Positions 12,423 through 35,377 are shown, counted from the first letter of the stretch. The stretch is 64,000 bases of DNA from Hormiphora californensis (GCA_020137815.1 CM035358.1:4960001-5024000), one strand, 5' to 3'. Notes: generated by a model not told the origin, from the sequence alone. Program-made: numbers and translations.

Positions 12423-15400
12423 CTAATCGTAATCGTGTGTTGGGAAATCGTGCACCACGTGCATGGCGTAATGTCGGACATCTGTATCAGAATCTTGGCG
12501 GAGAGATGCCAGTGACGTCTGAATATCCTCTGATTTCAGATTTTCTGGAAGAAAGAGGGCTGTTATCACTCACTTCCATGTAGAATACATGTCTGGCCGC
12601 GCCGACCCGATTTGAGCGCACTGTTTGAGAATCAAACCGGGGTCTGGGCTCTGGCGCCAGAAAGCAGAATACAGAGAATCAGACGGGATCTAGATATAAA
12701 ATTGTCCAGTTTGGTTTACTCACCACTAATAAGGAGCAAGCATTGTGCGACCCACAGCCTGACATTAGGTGTCCTATCGTCCACTAGCTCCAGCAATCGA
12801 TCCAGGAAGATAGCCTTGACAAGATCATATTGCCCATCTCGGATCATCTCACGACATATCAAAACATACCTGAATAAGTTGTTGAGTTAGAACAATAGAT
12901 AATAATGTTTACTCGACAAGAGTTGCTGAGTTTTTTAGGATGTGTAGAACGCAGAGAAAAGAAGGGGGGTTTGTACAAAATAGTAGGGACGATAGTGTCA
13001 GTCGATGTCAGGGATTTTAAAATTTCCCTATTCAAGTGTTCGGGGAGCCTCTCCCGAGTAAAATGCGACCAATTAGAACTCCCAATCTTTTCTCGTTCTC
13101 TAATTATTCGTGATTATGCTAATTATGACGTCATCAGCAACTACCAGAAATCTACGTCTTAGGGCTTAAATTTTGATACTAGCTGATAGGGGACCACTAG
13201 ATTAGTGGGCAAAAAAATTTTCAGGTCGATCGGAGTTATGGGCGTGGCGCTATGGCGTTATAAAGTGTGTAATCCGGTGATGACGTCATCAAGGATTATC
13301 AAATTAGGTCAACGCGGGGGGTCGAGACCGGGTGCGTTTGATCGAGCCTGATAAGCTGATTAAAAATCTGTAGGGGTAGATCAATCCCCCAACTAGGAGC
13401 CGAGCTATTAGCATTTTTTCGATTTTTGACGAAGTCACGTGACCTAAAAATCGAAAAACGCTAATAGCTCGGCTCCTAGTTGGGGGATTGGTCTACCCCT
13501 ACAGATTTTTGATCAGCTTATCAGGCTCGATCAAACGCACCCGGTCTCGACCCCCCGCGTTGACCTAATTTGATAATCCTTGATGACGTCATCACCGGAT
13601 TACACACTTTAAAACGCCATAGCGCCACGCCCATAACTCCGATCGACCTGAAAATTTTTTTGCCCACTAATCTAGTGGTCCCCTATCAGCTAGTATCAAA
13701 ATTTAAGCCCTAAGACGTAGATTTCTGGTAGTTGCTGATGACGTCATAATTAGCATAATCACGAATAATTAGAGAACGAGAAAAGATTGGGAGCTCTAAT
13801 TGGGCGCATTTTACTCGGGAGAGGCTCCCCGAACACTAGAGTAGCGAAATTTTAAAATCCCTGACATCAACTGACACTATCGTCCCTACTAAAACGTGAA
13901 CAAAACCATGATGATCAAGGCTTATTCGTTAATCAGATCTAAAAACAACATACCCCTGTCTGTAAGTACATCTGTTTGAGTTTCCAAACTTGTTCCTGAT
14001 CAAGTTACATGTGGAGTTCAGATATTCTGGTTCATTCTGGAAGCGCTGCACTAACTTTGATAACTGTAGAGATGAGATATAATTAGCAGGAACCGACCGA
14101 AACAAGTAAACAACCAATAAGAACTTGTTATTTAGTTCACGTGACTGGTTATTAGCCAATCAGGGACCAGTATTTCCTGATTCGGTCGGTTCGTGATAAT
14201 TAGTCAGAGAGGGTGGGAACTTGGGAAATGTTTACACTTTACATATTCCTAATTTGACTAATAAAATCACAAACTTATTTACTGTAACTTACAGTAAGTA
14301 ACTTACTACAGTATGTAAGTACTAAGTAGCTTAGCTTGGTAAGTAGTACTTACCATGCCACAGTAGTTCTTAACAGTGTTACTTACCACAGTAAATGATG
14401 CCCGTCTCACTTGAGAGACCTGGTCTGTTGAGAGATCGAACACAATCGGCTGGATATGATCATATACCTCCTTCGTTGTGTACAATTCACTTAGCTGAGG
14501 TAACTGACTGAGGGGGAGGGGGTTGTGGTTAGTGTTAGTACCTGATTGTAGAAGAGAAAAGGTGACGGGTTAAGACATGAGTAGGAAAAGTGGGAGGTGA
14601 CCGGGGGGGGGGGGGGGGGGGGGGGGGAGCTAAATCAGTTTAACGTTCAACCAGGAAAAACTTCCATTTGTTCTACTGTACCTCTCTCTCCACCTCCAAC
14701 AACATATTTTATGCACATTTTAGATTTGGTAAGTGTTTCCCCCTAAAAAGGCTTCCCGTGCAATGCCTCCAGAAATGAATTTATTCAGAGAGCGTGTGGA
14801 AGAATATGTTTTAGCAGTCTTCTGGATAATGAGTTCAGAGCAGTGTTTGCTGACGTGTGAATCCCCAAATTATTTGTTACATCCCCAAACGAAATAACTT
14901 ATCGTGAAACAAATTAAAGTGTCAGCACGTACTTGGCGAATGTTTGTCGGTATCTCCAGTTTTTCTGATCCTCACATTTCTGAATTTCCTTCATCTGGTA
15001 AAGTAACTCTTCCCGGTGACGCAATGAGACGTTCTAAGGAGAAGGGAGAGAATAAAGAGGGAGTTGTCATCTGTACTGCTGTAGGCCTGTAGCGCTATGT
15101 GATGAGATTAGAAAACGGGGGGGGGGGGGGGGGGGGAGAGAGAGAGACATGTACATAGGCCCCAAAATTAAATACATTTTGGAAAACAAAATTACCTTGA
15201 GAAAATTCGAGAGATTTTTAAGAAGCCCAATTTTAACTGAATCTATATCATCTATAAAACTCTGGAATGGAATAATTAGATCCTCCTGGGTCTGTTGAGG
15301 GCCGATAACATGGGCTATCTCATGTATTGAACACGCAAGGGTTTGCCTCACCATTGCCTACGGGGAGAAGGGAGTGAGTGTAGCTACAGAAGACATTTAC

Positions 15401-18400
15401 CCGCCCTTAGTGTGCTTCAGGTTATATTTAATCCTGATCAGATATCATTCAAAACATTCAGGAGGTGGCTGTATTTTAATTGCAGTGCGATATGAAAGAG
15501 AATAATACATACTTACCATTGAAGGTGGTAGACCCTTAGCTAAGGTCAGATAAGCTTTCTTTAAAACACTCCAACTATCCCTCCCTAAAGTATGGACTAC
15601 CCCCGGGAAAGCGTACGCACAATGCGTCAATATATCGTCGTCTGCTCGAGGGTTCGTTTCATCAAAGTTGCAGGCCATATTCTTGTAGCAGTCGATTAGG
15701 GCACCGGGTACTATTGACTGGGGGAAGAGAGATTTAAAACCGGGAAAGAAGTTGGGAATCAAAGCTGGGTTTGGTGAGGAGAGGGGCTCCGGAAGTGCGG
15801 TGAAGTTCAAGTGATCTAAGGATATCTCCCGCTTGAGAGGTGAGCCGCGCGGACAATGCTTACACCATGCACTTCTAATATTTTGCGCGCACCGCGCAGC
15901 CCAAACATATTCCCCAGTCCATCCTCTCCCCTTTTCCCTGAGTTTCTTGGGGAGACAGGTTGTCACACTTTGCGACCACGAGTGTGTGTTCAGTGTGTGT
16001 AGATTGTGAAGTGTTTGTACCGCACCCGAAATTGCATACAGCATTGGTACACAGTGCGAAAATTAAGTTTAGGTACGTGTGATGGCAATTTAGATTGAGT
16101 CACGCACATAATAAAATCGATAGGTGAGAACATCACCTGCATATCAACTTTCTATGCAGCCTTTATGGCTTCTAGTATTAGCACGTTGCAGGGGCTACAC
16201 GTCTTTCCGTCTCACAAGCAAGCACAAAATACGAAGGCGCGGAGGTCACATTTCTGGTATATTAATTCCCGAATAGCACTTTGCACATCCCGACGGTAGC
16301 TCAGTTGGTAGAGCGGAGGACTGTAGAAGCGAAAAGCCGTTGTAATCCTTAGGTCACCAGTTCAAATCTGGTTCGTCGGATTTTTTATGTTTTTTGACAT
16401 AATGTTTAGTGTGACTGTGACCCAGTAACCCAAAAATTAGCCAAAATTTTAAAATATATTTTGTTCTAAAATTGAACCCATTTAAACAATTATCAGATTA
16501 TTACCGTGACTGGAACGGGGGCTTCTACTTCCATGTCAGACGTATCCTGCGGGAAGGGAGAAATTTGTGAGAGATAGAAAGATAGAAAAAGGAGAGAGAT
16601 AGAGAAAGAGAGATAGAAATCAAAGAGAGAGAGAGCAAGGGAGGAAGAAAGAATAAGAGACAAAGAAATAAAAGGAATGTGTTAATTGGTAACCAGTGCC
16701 ACTTATTATAATATATCCGCTGGAGCTATTCCAACTTACACTTGCTAGTTCCAAGTCATCATCCCGTGGTGAAAAAGAGTACGTCTCAGCTGCGGAGGTG
16801 ACTCCAAATACAGGTTTTGTGATGTCAATACTGCCCACCATTACACTACCATCACTGTTGTCCTCTTTGTCCTCTGAGAGATTGATTATCTTGGGACATA
16901 GTGGATCTTTGTTGAATTCACTGGGAGGGGCGTTAGTTTAGTTAGCTGTTAGGGGGATGGGAATTTGGTTAGTTAGGGGGAGGGGAGTTAGTTAGTTAGG
17001 GGGAGGGGAGTTAGTTAGTTAGGGGAGGGGAGTTAGTTAGTTAGGGGAGGGGAGTTAGTTAGTTAGGGGAGGGGAGTTAGTTAGTTAGGGGAGGGGAGAG
17101 AAGTCAGTTAAGGGGAGGTGAGAGAAGTTTTGCTGAACTCACTGGTAGAGAAGTTAGTTACGGAGTGGAAACACGTATGGTATACATTTACGAGTGACAA
17201 GATCCAAAGAAAAAAGGTCTACATTTTTAGGCCATTTTGCATTTCTTCCCCCATTTCTTGCAGTCTACACAAAACTACACACTCACCAGGCGATACCCCA
17301 TTGATCAGAACTCTTCTCAGCTAGTTTTCCATCAAACACATCCTCCCCACCCTGGTTCTCTTTGTCATCACTCTCTATCATAGCGGTGAAGAAGTCTCTC
17401 ATCTGCATACCTCCCTCCTCAATCTGGGGGTTTGGGCTGTTTAAATGCTCTAACCGGGGCACTGTAAAACAGCAAGGCAAGATTTGAGGAGATACATCGC
17501 ATTTTAGGCACAAGGACCAATGGGGGAGGGCAGGGTGATTGATCATGATGTTTCATTACTCAATACCTGCATAGATTCAACATCATCATCGTCATCATCT
17601 TCCAACCCAGCCCTAAAGTTAATCACCGGGGTCTGTTCATTTTCATTTAGACTCCCCTCTAAACTAATCTTCTTATTGTCATTGAGGTCCCCGCCCACTG
17701 CTCCAGTTAGTTCCTCTTTTGTCTCTGATTCCTGTGATTCCTGGAGAGGGGGGGGGGGGGCGTGATTTGTGGACACTGGAGAGGGAAGGGGGCGTGATTT
17801 GTGGAGCTCACACTGCATTTCATTTCATAAAACTGTGAAAGAAAGTAATTGCGTTGTTCTACGATTCAAATAGTAGACTACTGAATACATGAATTTGAAT
17901 ATTATTTGAGATAAAACATTTCTCAAGTCTCACCAGTGATGCAGGAGGTATTTGATGTTCCTCAACATCATTTTCTGTCACCATTTCATTCTCTCCCTCC
18001 AAACTATCCGTCTCTACCTTGTCATCATTATCATCCGTTATTACATTTTTTGTTGTCGTCGTTTCTGTTGACTTCTCTTCCTCCAAAAGCTGAAAGGAAC
18101 AAATATGAAATCAATGCATCGTATGCATGGACTATGGTATAAGAGTTTCACTCGATTCCAATTTCATTCAGTCAATTAAACAAGAGTACCAGGACCCAAA
18201 TCAAGACACCATCATTAACACACCTCTTGTTCAAGTTCGTCCGTACTAAAGTTATCAACAGGGGACTTCCAGAACAAGAAATCATCATACTCTGGGTTCG
18301 TAGGAGATCTCTCTCGGGGCCTGGGTAATTGGAAATTCTCAAACTAAAATTACGGGAAAATTACTAAAAAACGGCTTCAATTTTGATAGCACTGTCAAAA

Positions 18401-21400
18401 ACTAGTGCAAGTTTTGACTGATTAAAAACAATGACGGTAAAGATAATAAAAGGAATAAATAATAATTAACGAGTGTACCACTAAAATTACTCAAAAAGAT
18501 TTTGATAAAACTGTAATTGTGCCAAGTTTGACTCACTCTGATTTTGTTTTCTGTTCATCACCCTGTGATTCATTATTATCATTATCTCCACTATGGAACG
18601 TTGTAATGAACGGTCCAAGTTGTTGGTAGGCAGCCATTTTAACATATCTCGAGGTGTCATCCAGTAGCCGGAGGAACAGGGGAGTGAGGATTTGGACTCG
18701 AGCTTTTTGGGATACCCCTTCGGAGATGATGGTGAATCCTTCCGCACACGCCTGAAAGATGGGAGAGAGATAAAAAAGGAATGATGTACGAGGTGACCTC
18801 TGATGACAGCAAACGCGTAGTTGGGAGAGATTAAAATAGGGTTTTTACCCTCTTTTAACTTAAAAGGGTGTGTCGTCTCGATTAAATATCTCTGACAAGC
18901 TTGACTAGACGTCTGAATTCTGGGGAAAAGATGGGCAAGAAAGAAGTGAAACTAAAAATACCCTCTCTCACCTCAAAAATAGTTTGATTTGTCATTTAAA
19001 TATCGACGTGGGAGTCAAGGGCATTACGTAACTCAACAAGGTGTATAAGAACCATGAGAAATCTTTCAGGGGTTAAAATTTTAGTTCAGAGAGAATGACA
19101 TGTTTCTAATTTTGGAACACTCTGATTTACTGTTTCAGTGCTGCACAGTGAGTAGTTACACTCAGCATCTTCTTCATGTCACACCTACACTTCAGCATTC
19201 TCATTCCATTTTGCAGTCATTCTCATTCCATCCCATTCCATCTTGCAGTCATTCTTCCACTATCTCTCTATCTCTCTTTGTCTATCTTTCTCTCTCTCTC
19301 TGTCTATCTTTCTCTCTCTCTCCCTCCACGTGCCAATGGCAGTGAAGCCGACGGCAAAAATCACAGGGAAAACAACAAGTATCATATATCCAAATTGGAT
19401 GTTGTGTCATAAACATATGAGTGAGTTTTTAACCACTGCATTATATATCGGTCAAAACATGTATTATTACGGAATCGACCATTCCGGATTGATAGAATAC
19501 GGGGTTTGGTAATACCTTTCTGACTCCCCAAATTGTGTCACCACACAGAAGCTGCAGGGCAGGTAGGAGCTTTTGTTCGACAGTTAACCGGTCACATACT
19601 TGGCAGAACTTTGCAAAAGATGTTGCACAGCACTGAAAGGGGGTGGTTAGAGGCGGTTATAGTTAGAGGAATAGAGATTTTAAAGAAATTCAGTCGAATT
19701 TTGTGTTGGGGTGGTTAGAGGGAGAGAAGTATGAGACAGAAAGGTGTCGAGACATAAAACACGGGAATAAAAAGCTTACTTTTCGGACGTGTAACAGCTG
19801 ATCGGAACACAGATCTAAGAATCGATCGAGGAATTTTGCAGTGATTGTCTCTCCTCCTATTTGAGTAGCCAGCGCGGAAATGAGCGTCACTGCTTCGTGT
19901 GAGAAGTCATTTATCTCTGAACTCTGAAATTAGAGGTAAGAATTAATAATTTAGTTGTGTGTTACCAGGAACCGACCGAAACAAGTAAACAACCAATCAG
20001 AACTCGTTATTTAGGTCACGTGACTGGTTATCAGCCAATCAGGGACCAGTATTTCCTGATTCGGTCGGTTCCTGTGTGTTACAGAACAGATTCTATCCTC
20101 CCCGCACTGACTAACATAATATTTTGTTGTTAATTCTTTGTTAATTTTTTGTTCGTGTTTTGTCTTCAATTTGTTTGTTTGTACCAAGACGGAAATTCTA
20201 GAAACATTTGAATGCGTGAGAGAATGTTAGTATTGCTGTGTGGTATCACCAGACCCTGGGAAAATTACTGGATATATCACATTGTACACCATGAGAAATT
20301 ACACTAAGTATGTGTTGATATGTATGTGTCTCCAGTATCCTACTACTCTTCTCACTTAATTTCATGTTGTACTTTCTACTCAAAGTCACGAACACTCTCT
20401 GTCAGTAACAATATCATCACACAGGGTTTGTGTTAGATATATATTGTTGGATGTAGGATATGAATCCTGATCGACTCAATTAATTAATAGATTGATTCGA
20501 TTTTAAAACTTTGATTTCACCATATATACTTACGTTTGATGTCGGTTGAAGCATTTCCTGTATCCGATCCACAAAGATATGATCAAGGTCTCGTTTTGCA
20601 TAAAATCCGTGTGTCGTAAGGAGAATCAGTGAGGACTGGGCTGCTTTTCTAACCTACAGAGGGAGCAAGATAAGGGGTTAGGGGAATGAGAAGGGTGAAG
20701 TTTTAAAGGGAACATATGGTTGTAACATCCATTAGACCGGGGGTTTTGGGGGGAAATGAAGGGATTCTGGAGAGGACCGAGCAGGTTACTTGACGTGGTA
20801 TAGCACACATGTATGCTTGCTAGATTCTACATAATGTACACTTTTCTTCCTAGTAAACAACTCAAGCTCCAAATTCATTGACTATTCAGTATGCGGTGTT
20901 GACCTATCTTTCTGCTTCTGTCAAATATTTCAATTCCATTATATAATCTGCCTAAATTAGCTGCTGCATTTTTGCTAAATTATCCCGGAGTGGGGGATTG
21001 AATGGGAATAGTCCAGGAAAGCAGGGGCAATTTTGGGAACTAATTTTCAAGTTTACATAGTTTACAAGGAATGGCAAGTGTACCTGGTGGTTTGATCCTT
21101 GAGGGAGCTACAGAGGGCACAGGAAATGAAGGAGAAGAATGTCTCTCTGCAGATACCGGGTGTCACACATCTCAATCCCATGTACTGGAGCTGATCTAGC
21201 AGACTGACCCTCACGTTCAAATCTGGAATGGGTTTCAATTAACCACATGGCATTTAGATAAAACTAGAATGAATCTCAATCAAGTGGGGAATGTCTTGGA
21301 CACAGTTACATGTGTAACCATGGTAACTGTGTTACAAACTCTCCCCCCTGTTTGGTAACATAAACTAAACAGCACGGATAATAAGTACATACCGGTATCC

Positions 21401-21812
21401 CCGGCTAATTCAACAGCAATCTGTTTGATCCTCTCCAAATCTTCCTTTGCATGAGAAATACTAAGCGCCTCATCAAGATCTAAGCAGGCCTGTTGTCTGA
21501 GGGGAGAATAATGGTTACAGCAACCGCCAGATTAGAACTGTACATTTATTATTTTAGTATCACTGTTCCATTGGTTATCTTGTTAATAGTTTAGGACTAG
21601 TTTATATGTGGTGCGCTCCCAAAAGAGAGATGGCTAACCAGGGGGGGGGGGGGGAGGTTGCTATGGTAGCCATGTACTAACCTGTAACTTGGCATTTCAA
21701 GTTGTGCAAATTTCTCCAACCTCTCCAGAACCCCCATCTCTGTTTCTGGGGGACCCTCGAGTGACTGTTGCTGCTCAAAGAGCTCCAGTGTTCGGTTTGG
21801 TAGGTACATCAT
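12423..21812 (-). CDS. PPP4R1: Serine/threonine protein phosphatase 4 regulatory subunit 1 (HEAT repeats)
   Basis: About 20 exons: LERLEKFAQLE, VRKAAQSSL, FLDLCSDQLLHVRK, LCGDTIWGVRKACAEGF, LLDDTSRYVKMAAYQQLGPFITTF, DFLFWKSP, HCAYAFPGVVHTLGRDSWSVLK, VRQTLACSIHEIAHVIG, DRTPNVRLWVA, LRQDSDTDVRHYA..*. One apparent missing A at ~21091-21093 (expected DQNHQ|VRK). Confidence 0.92.
12981..13891. mobile_element. 0.91-kb palindromic element; TAG...CTA termini and 3-bp TSD (Academ-like, non-autonomous)
   Basis: aaa|tagtagggacgatagtgtcag ... ctgacactatcgtccctacta|aaa; ~445-bp arms meet at a ~18-nt loop near 13436 containing gtcacgtgac. In a PPP4R1 intron. Superfamily inferred from termini only. Confidence 0.85.
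14087..14195. mobile_element. 109-bp hAT-type MITE
   Basis: TIR caggaaccgaccga...tcggtcggttcgtg with 8-bp TSD ataattag on both sides. Confidence 0.9.
16290..16380 (+). tRNA. tRNA-Tyr-GTA: tRNA-Tyr(GTA) with an 18-nt intron
   Basis: CCGACGG acceptor stem pairs with TCGTCGG-A; A box TAGCTCAGTTGG; anticodon stem GAGGA/TCCTT with CT-GTA-G; intron 16327-16344; B box GTTCAAATC; T-run terminator at 16381. Antisense within a PPP4R1 intron. Confidence 0.95.
16968..17098. repeat. 22-bp G-rich minisatellite (gttagttagttaggggagggga), ~6 copies
   Basis: Directly visible tandem repeat in a PPP4R1 intron. Confidence 0.9.
19966..20074. mobile_element. 109-bp hAT-type MITE, second copy
   Basis: caggaaccgaccga...tcggtcggttcctg with 8-bp TSD tgtgttac; nearly identical to 14087-14195. 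Confidence 0.92.
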
Positions 21813-22539
21813 GGCTGGGTTTACACAGGGTGTGCCCTCCTACCTAGATGTATGGTTTATCATGGGTTTAGAATTCACTGGGTTCAGGGGGGGGAAGGGA
21901 ATGCACGGGGTGTGCCCTCTTACCTAGATATATATAGTTTATCATGGGGTTAGAAAGTAGAGTATGGACATTGTATTGGATAGAGTTCAGGGGGAATGGC
22001 GGTGGTTCTTAGGGGATATGAAATGGAAAGCTAAACTGTTTAACCGAATATATCATATTTGTCAAATGTGGCATATGAAATCAAATCGGATGTTGGGAAT
22101 TATTGTCGAGCCAAATTTGTATGACATGAGGGTTCTGCAGAACAAATAGAGAAAAGTAGGGGGCGAATGAACATTTATCTCTGGCAGTGGGCGAGAGAGA
22201 GAAATGCGGGAGAGAAGGGGAAATGGAGGGAGGGGATTCTGTGTAAGAAGCAATTGGTGACACACACACGCTCTCTCGAGAACATCTAAAAATAAAGTAG
22301 GGGAAGAGATAAGAGAGGAAGGAGGGGCGGGTGGAACCTTTGAAATTAATGACACATAACATTTCAGAGAAAATTGTTTAAGTAAAAACAAATAGAAACA
22401 CACTCAAAACACTCAAAATGAGAGAAAGTGAGTGAGAAATCTAAAACGAAATCATTTATCTATATTTCAGGCATTTTGCAACCATATTTATCTTCGTGTG
22501 CTTTCCGCACCTCTTCATCATAATTATACATCAACATGT

Positions 22540-23786
22540 TTAGCAATTCTCTATTTTCTCCTTCTCCTCAACCACCTCGCCTGATCCTACTTCCTCAACA
22601 ACTTTTCCAGTCACCAGATACTTTGCCATCCGATCCGCTTTGGACAACACAATATTGAACACAGGATGAGTTGGTTCCACCATGTTATTAGGATCACCCT
22701 CGTACCACCTGATCCGAGAAAGAGTGCTGGGAAATGGACAGCCCACTAAGACAGTAACACGTGTGGTAAGTAATCCCGGGATTTCCCCGGTTTATCAACC
22801 AGTCCTCCGCTAGGATACTGACAACAAAACAGGATGTAATCCTGGAGGGAGACCTGCGAGAATAGCCACGATTTGGAGGACATTCCACTGTGATCCGTGG
22901 AGAGAATGTGGTGGAGAAGTGGGAATAGTCCGCCCTGCCAGAAAGAATAACATCCATCCACTAATTTGTTTGTTCGACCCTGAAAGCCTCCCTCGAATAC
23001 CATCTGCCTGTGAACGGCCCAATCTAACAACCTGTCCTTGTCAATGAGGTGTGTCTTATTGAGGAGGATCAGGGTGGCTAAAGCACAAAACGTATATCCA
23101 CCGTGAGCTTCCGTCCCTGGCCGAGAGCCAAAACCTCCCTCGTAGGTTTGGCAGGAGGCGACCCAGCGGCCCGTATTTTCGAACATTTCATCAGTTTTAA
23201 TGCCAGTCAAAGTTGAAACAACTGCCGCACAATAGGCACCCCTCACATCCAGCTCTCCGTCATAGTGCATGGTAAACGAACCGTCCGGTTTGTGCATCGT
23301 GCTGAGGAATGATGCTAAGGCTGGTCGGTCTATGACATCGTATACTTCTGTCAGATCGAGTGATGCGATGGCAGAGACAGCTGCATATGTGGTGGCGAGG
23401 TGGGGAAGGTGACCGACATTCCCACAAAACCCGCCTGTGCTGCATTGAACCGTGGAAAAGAAGTCTCTGATTTTGAGTTGTTGGCTATCTGGAATTCGTT
23501 CGCCGAGGAGGTTTAGCGAGTGAACAATCCAGTAACAAAGCCACGGACGACTCGCATCTAAACATTCGAAATTCTCTGACAGTTGACATAGGCCTCGTTT
23601 TAAGTAGCTTATGTGACGAACTTTGTGTAGGGGGAATGTGTCTTTAAGCCGTGGTCGAATGAGACATGCTTGGTAAATGTTTTCAACAGAATCTTCAACA
23701 TTTTTCTGTTCCACTGAGGTTTTAGTTTCAATGCTGTCAGTCGAGAGGCGTAGATAGGAAAACTCTTTTCCCACAGCTAGAGCCAT
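22540..23786 (-). CDS. FNTB: Protein farnesyltransferase beta subunit; intronless, with two apparent +1 frameshifts near the C-terminus
   Basis: LDASRPWLCYWIVHSL, GHLPHLATTYAAV, GELDVRGAYCA, CQTYEGG, EAHGGYTFC, RQMVFEGGFQGRTNKLVDGCYSFWQG, DKPGKSRDY; YHTCYCLSGLSISQH and PTHPVFNI continue in shifted frames (~22769, ~22703). Confidence 0.93.
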
Positions 23787-23868
23787 GACCTGAGGAATTT
23801 ATTTTGAGAAGGTTGTAAGTTAACACGTAATTTGCCACACTCCTCAACGAAGAGTATTAAAAACAATA

Positions 23869-24314
23869 GGGATCCCTAAAAAAGTTCAGTATTTACACAG
23901 AGTTTACACAGTCTTTACACAGTCGTTACACCCAGAGCGCCCGCGCCGCTCTGGGTGTAAAGACTGCGTCTTTCGCACTCGATTTGCAGCGTTTTCGGAA
24001 ACTTTTTTCGCCGCAGCGCTCAATTTACTCAATTGTGCAGCACACAATCCAATATTTTCTTAGAAAAAGCCGCAAAACGCAGCACGCGCCGCTCTGGGTG
24101 TAATGACTGTGTAAAGACTGTGTAAACTCTGTGTAAATATACTCCATTTTTTTTCAACTGTTCACCCCCCAAAGTCGTGCGCGGAATTGTTTTGCGCGTT
24201 TATCACATGTTAACGTATAGCGCGCGCCACCCAAATTCTAATTTTTATTAAATTTCAGTTTTTGGGTGAACAGTTGAATAAAAATGGACTTTACTGAACT
24301 TTTTTAGGGATCCC
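23869..24314. mobile_element. ~450-bp MITE with nested hairpins
   Basis: ta|gggatccctaaaaaagttcagta ... tactgaacttttttagggatccc|ta; internal tttacacag repeats and their inverted copies. Confidence 0.75.
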
Positions 24315-25239
24315 TATACGCACGATTAGCATTTAGCTCCATTTTTCAAGAAACGGAGTGTCAGAAAAAATAAATTCCAAAAACGAACACAAAATTTTGA
24401 GTTTTAAATTCAAAGTTGCAATTGGAGCTTTTCAGCAGCGCGGACCAGTAAATTTCGCGCGTTACTAATAATCCGTGTTTTCGGCGGCGTGCGCGGCTGT
24501 GGTGAATGATCTGGTTTTTTGCGAAGGCCGGGGTACCGGTTCAAATAGAAAATATGTCAGTACAATATTATTTACATGAATAGATATAAAAATAAAATTT
24601 ACTCTTACGTGAATGATCTGGTACACATTTTCAAAGCTTTTCCAAGATGGCCGTTTTTGTCACTTTCAGTTTTCTGTTTTTCTGATCTCTTTCTAACTTT
24701 CCTTCTCAAGCTTCACTTTAGGAATTAGGTTTCAAAGTCTTGCTGTTTTTGCCATTTTTTATCTTGCCATCTTTTTGTTTTCCTTCAGTCTTCACACTTC
24801 TTCAGTCTTCACCCAATTGTCGGTGTATCCACTGACCATTATCCAGCGGCCCATTCTGATTTTAGTTTGAAGCATTCCTTTTTAAAATTTAGATATAAAT
24901 ATTACAAACTGTCTGACACATTCTACTTATGAATATGAATATGAACTTCACAATTTATATCGAGTCAATATAAGAAAATATATGACTCTCCCGCTCTTAC
25001 ACTATACGTATAAAATATAGTTAAAAATTAAGTACATTAATATACGCTTCCAGGCCGAGGCTAATAGCACAACAGCAGTTACCTAAAGCGGGACAAACAC
25101 ACACAGACGAACCAATGAGACTGGTAACAATGAGCTGAGAGCCAAACAGACAGATAGATTTAACCAGATTTAATAAATTACTAAAATCGAATAGAAAAAG
25201 GCGAATAAGTTAGTTAAAAATACGGTAGTTACAAAACAC

Positions 25240-25242
25240 CAC

Positions 25243-25285
<43 letters not shown>

Positions 25286-25294
25286 ATACACACA

Positions 25295-25331
<37 letters not shown>

Positions 25332-25335
25332 CTCA
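25240..25335. repeat. (CA)n microsatellite
   Basis: Directly visible. Confidence 0.9.
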
Positions 25336-25824
25336 CACTCAAACCCACACTCACACTTACACTTATACCCCAACACCCAAAAAATAAAGACATACACAAA
25401 ACACAAATAAGTTAAGTTAAATAAGTTAATTAAAAAATGGTCATCACACAAGAGAACACAAAGGTGCACACACAAACGGACACAGCATACCTAGACTACT
25501 TGGAAACAGTTGTAGTTTGTCATACTTTAAGAGTTGTTCTCACTCACATCACACATGTTATTAAATCGACTACAGCACAGCAATCCTGTCTGTCCGGCTA
25601 TTTCCGCATTCTTCGGCCTTTGCACTCGTATGCACTCTGCAGCAAGTGTGTCTTTCAAGTGTGCGTGTGTTTTAAAACACTTGTTAGCACTTTGAACTTT
25701 TTAAACATGCATCCTCACTCTCTGTTGCGTCTCTTGCAGTAGAGGATGAACTTTTCAATGAACTGTTGAATAGTTTTGTCATGTCATATTGTTTTCTCAC
25801 ACTCTCCCACTAATATTTAGTAGT

Positions 25825-35374
<9,550 letters not shown>

Positions 35375-35377
35375 TGA

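Noticed and set aside
21091-21093. PPP4R1 as a pseudogene because of a phase mismatch between exons 3 and 4
   Set aside because: Adding one A to the homopolymer restores the conserved DQNHQVRK, and the other exons I translated retain conserved motifs; most likely a consensus error.
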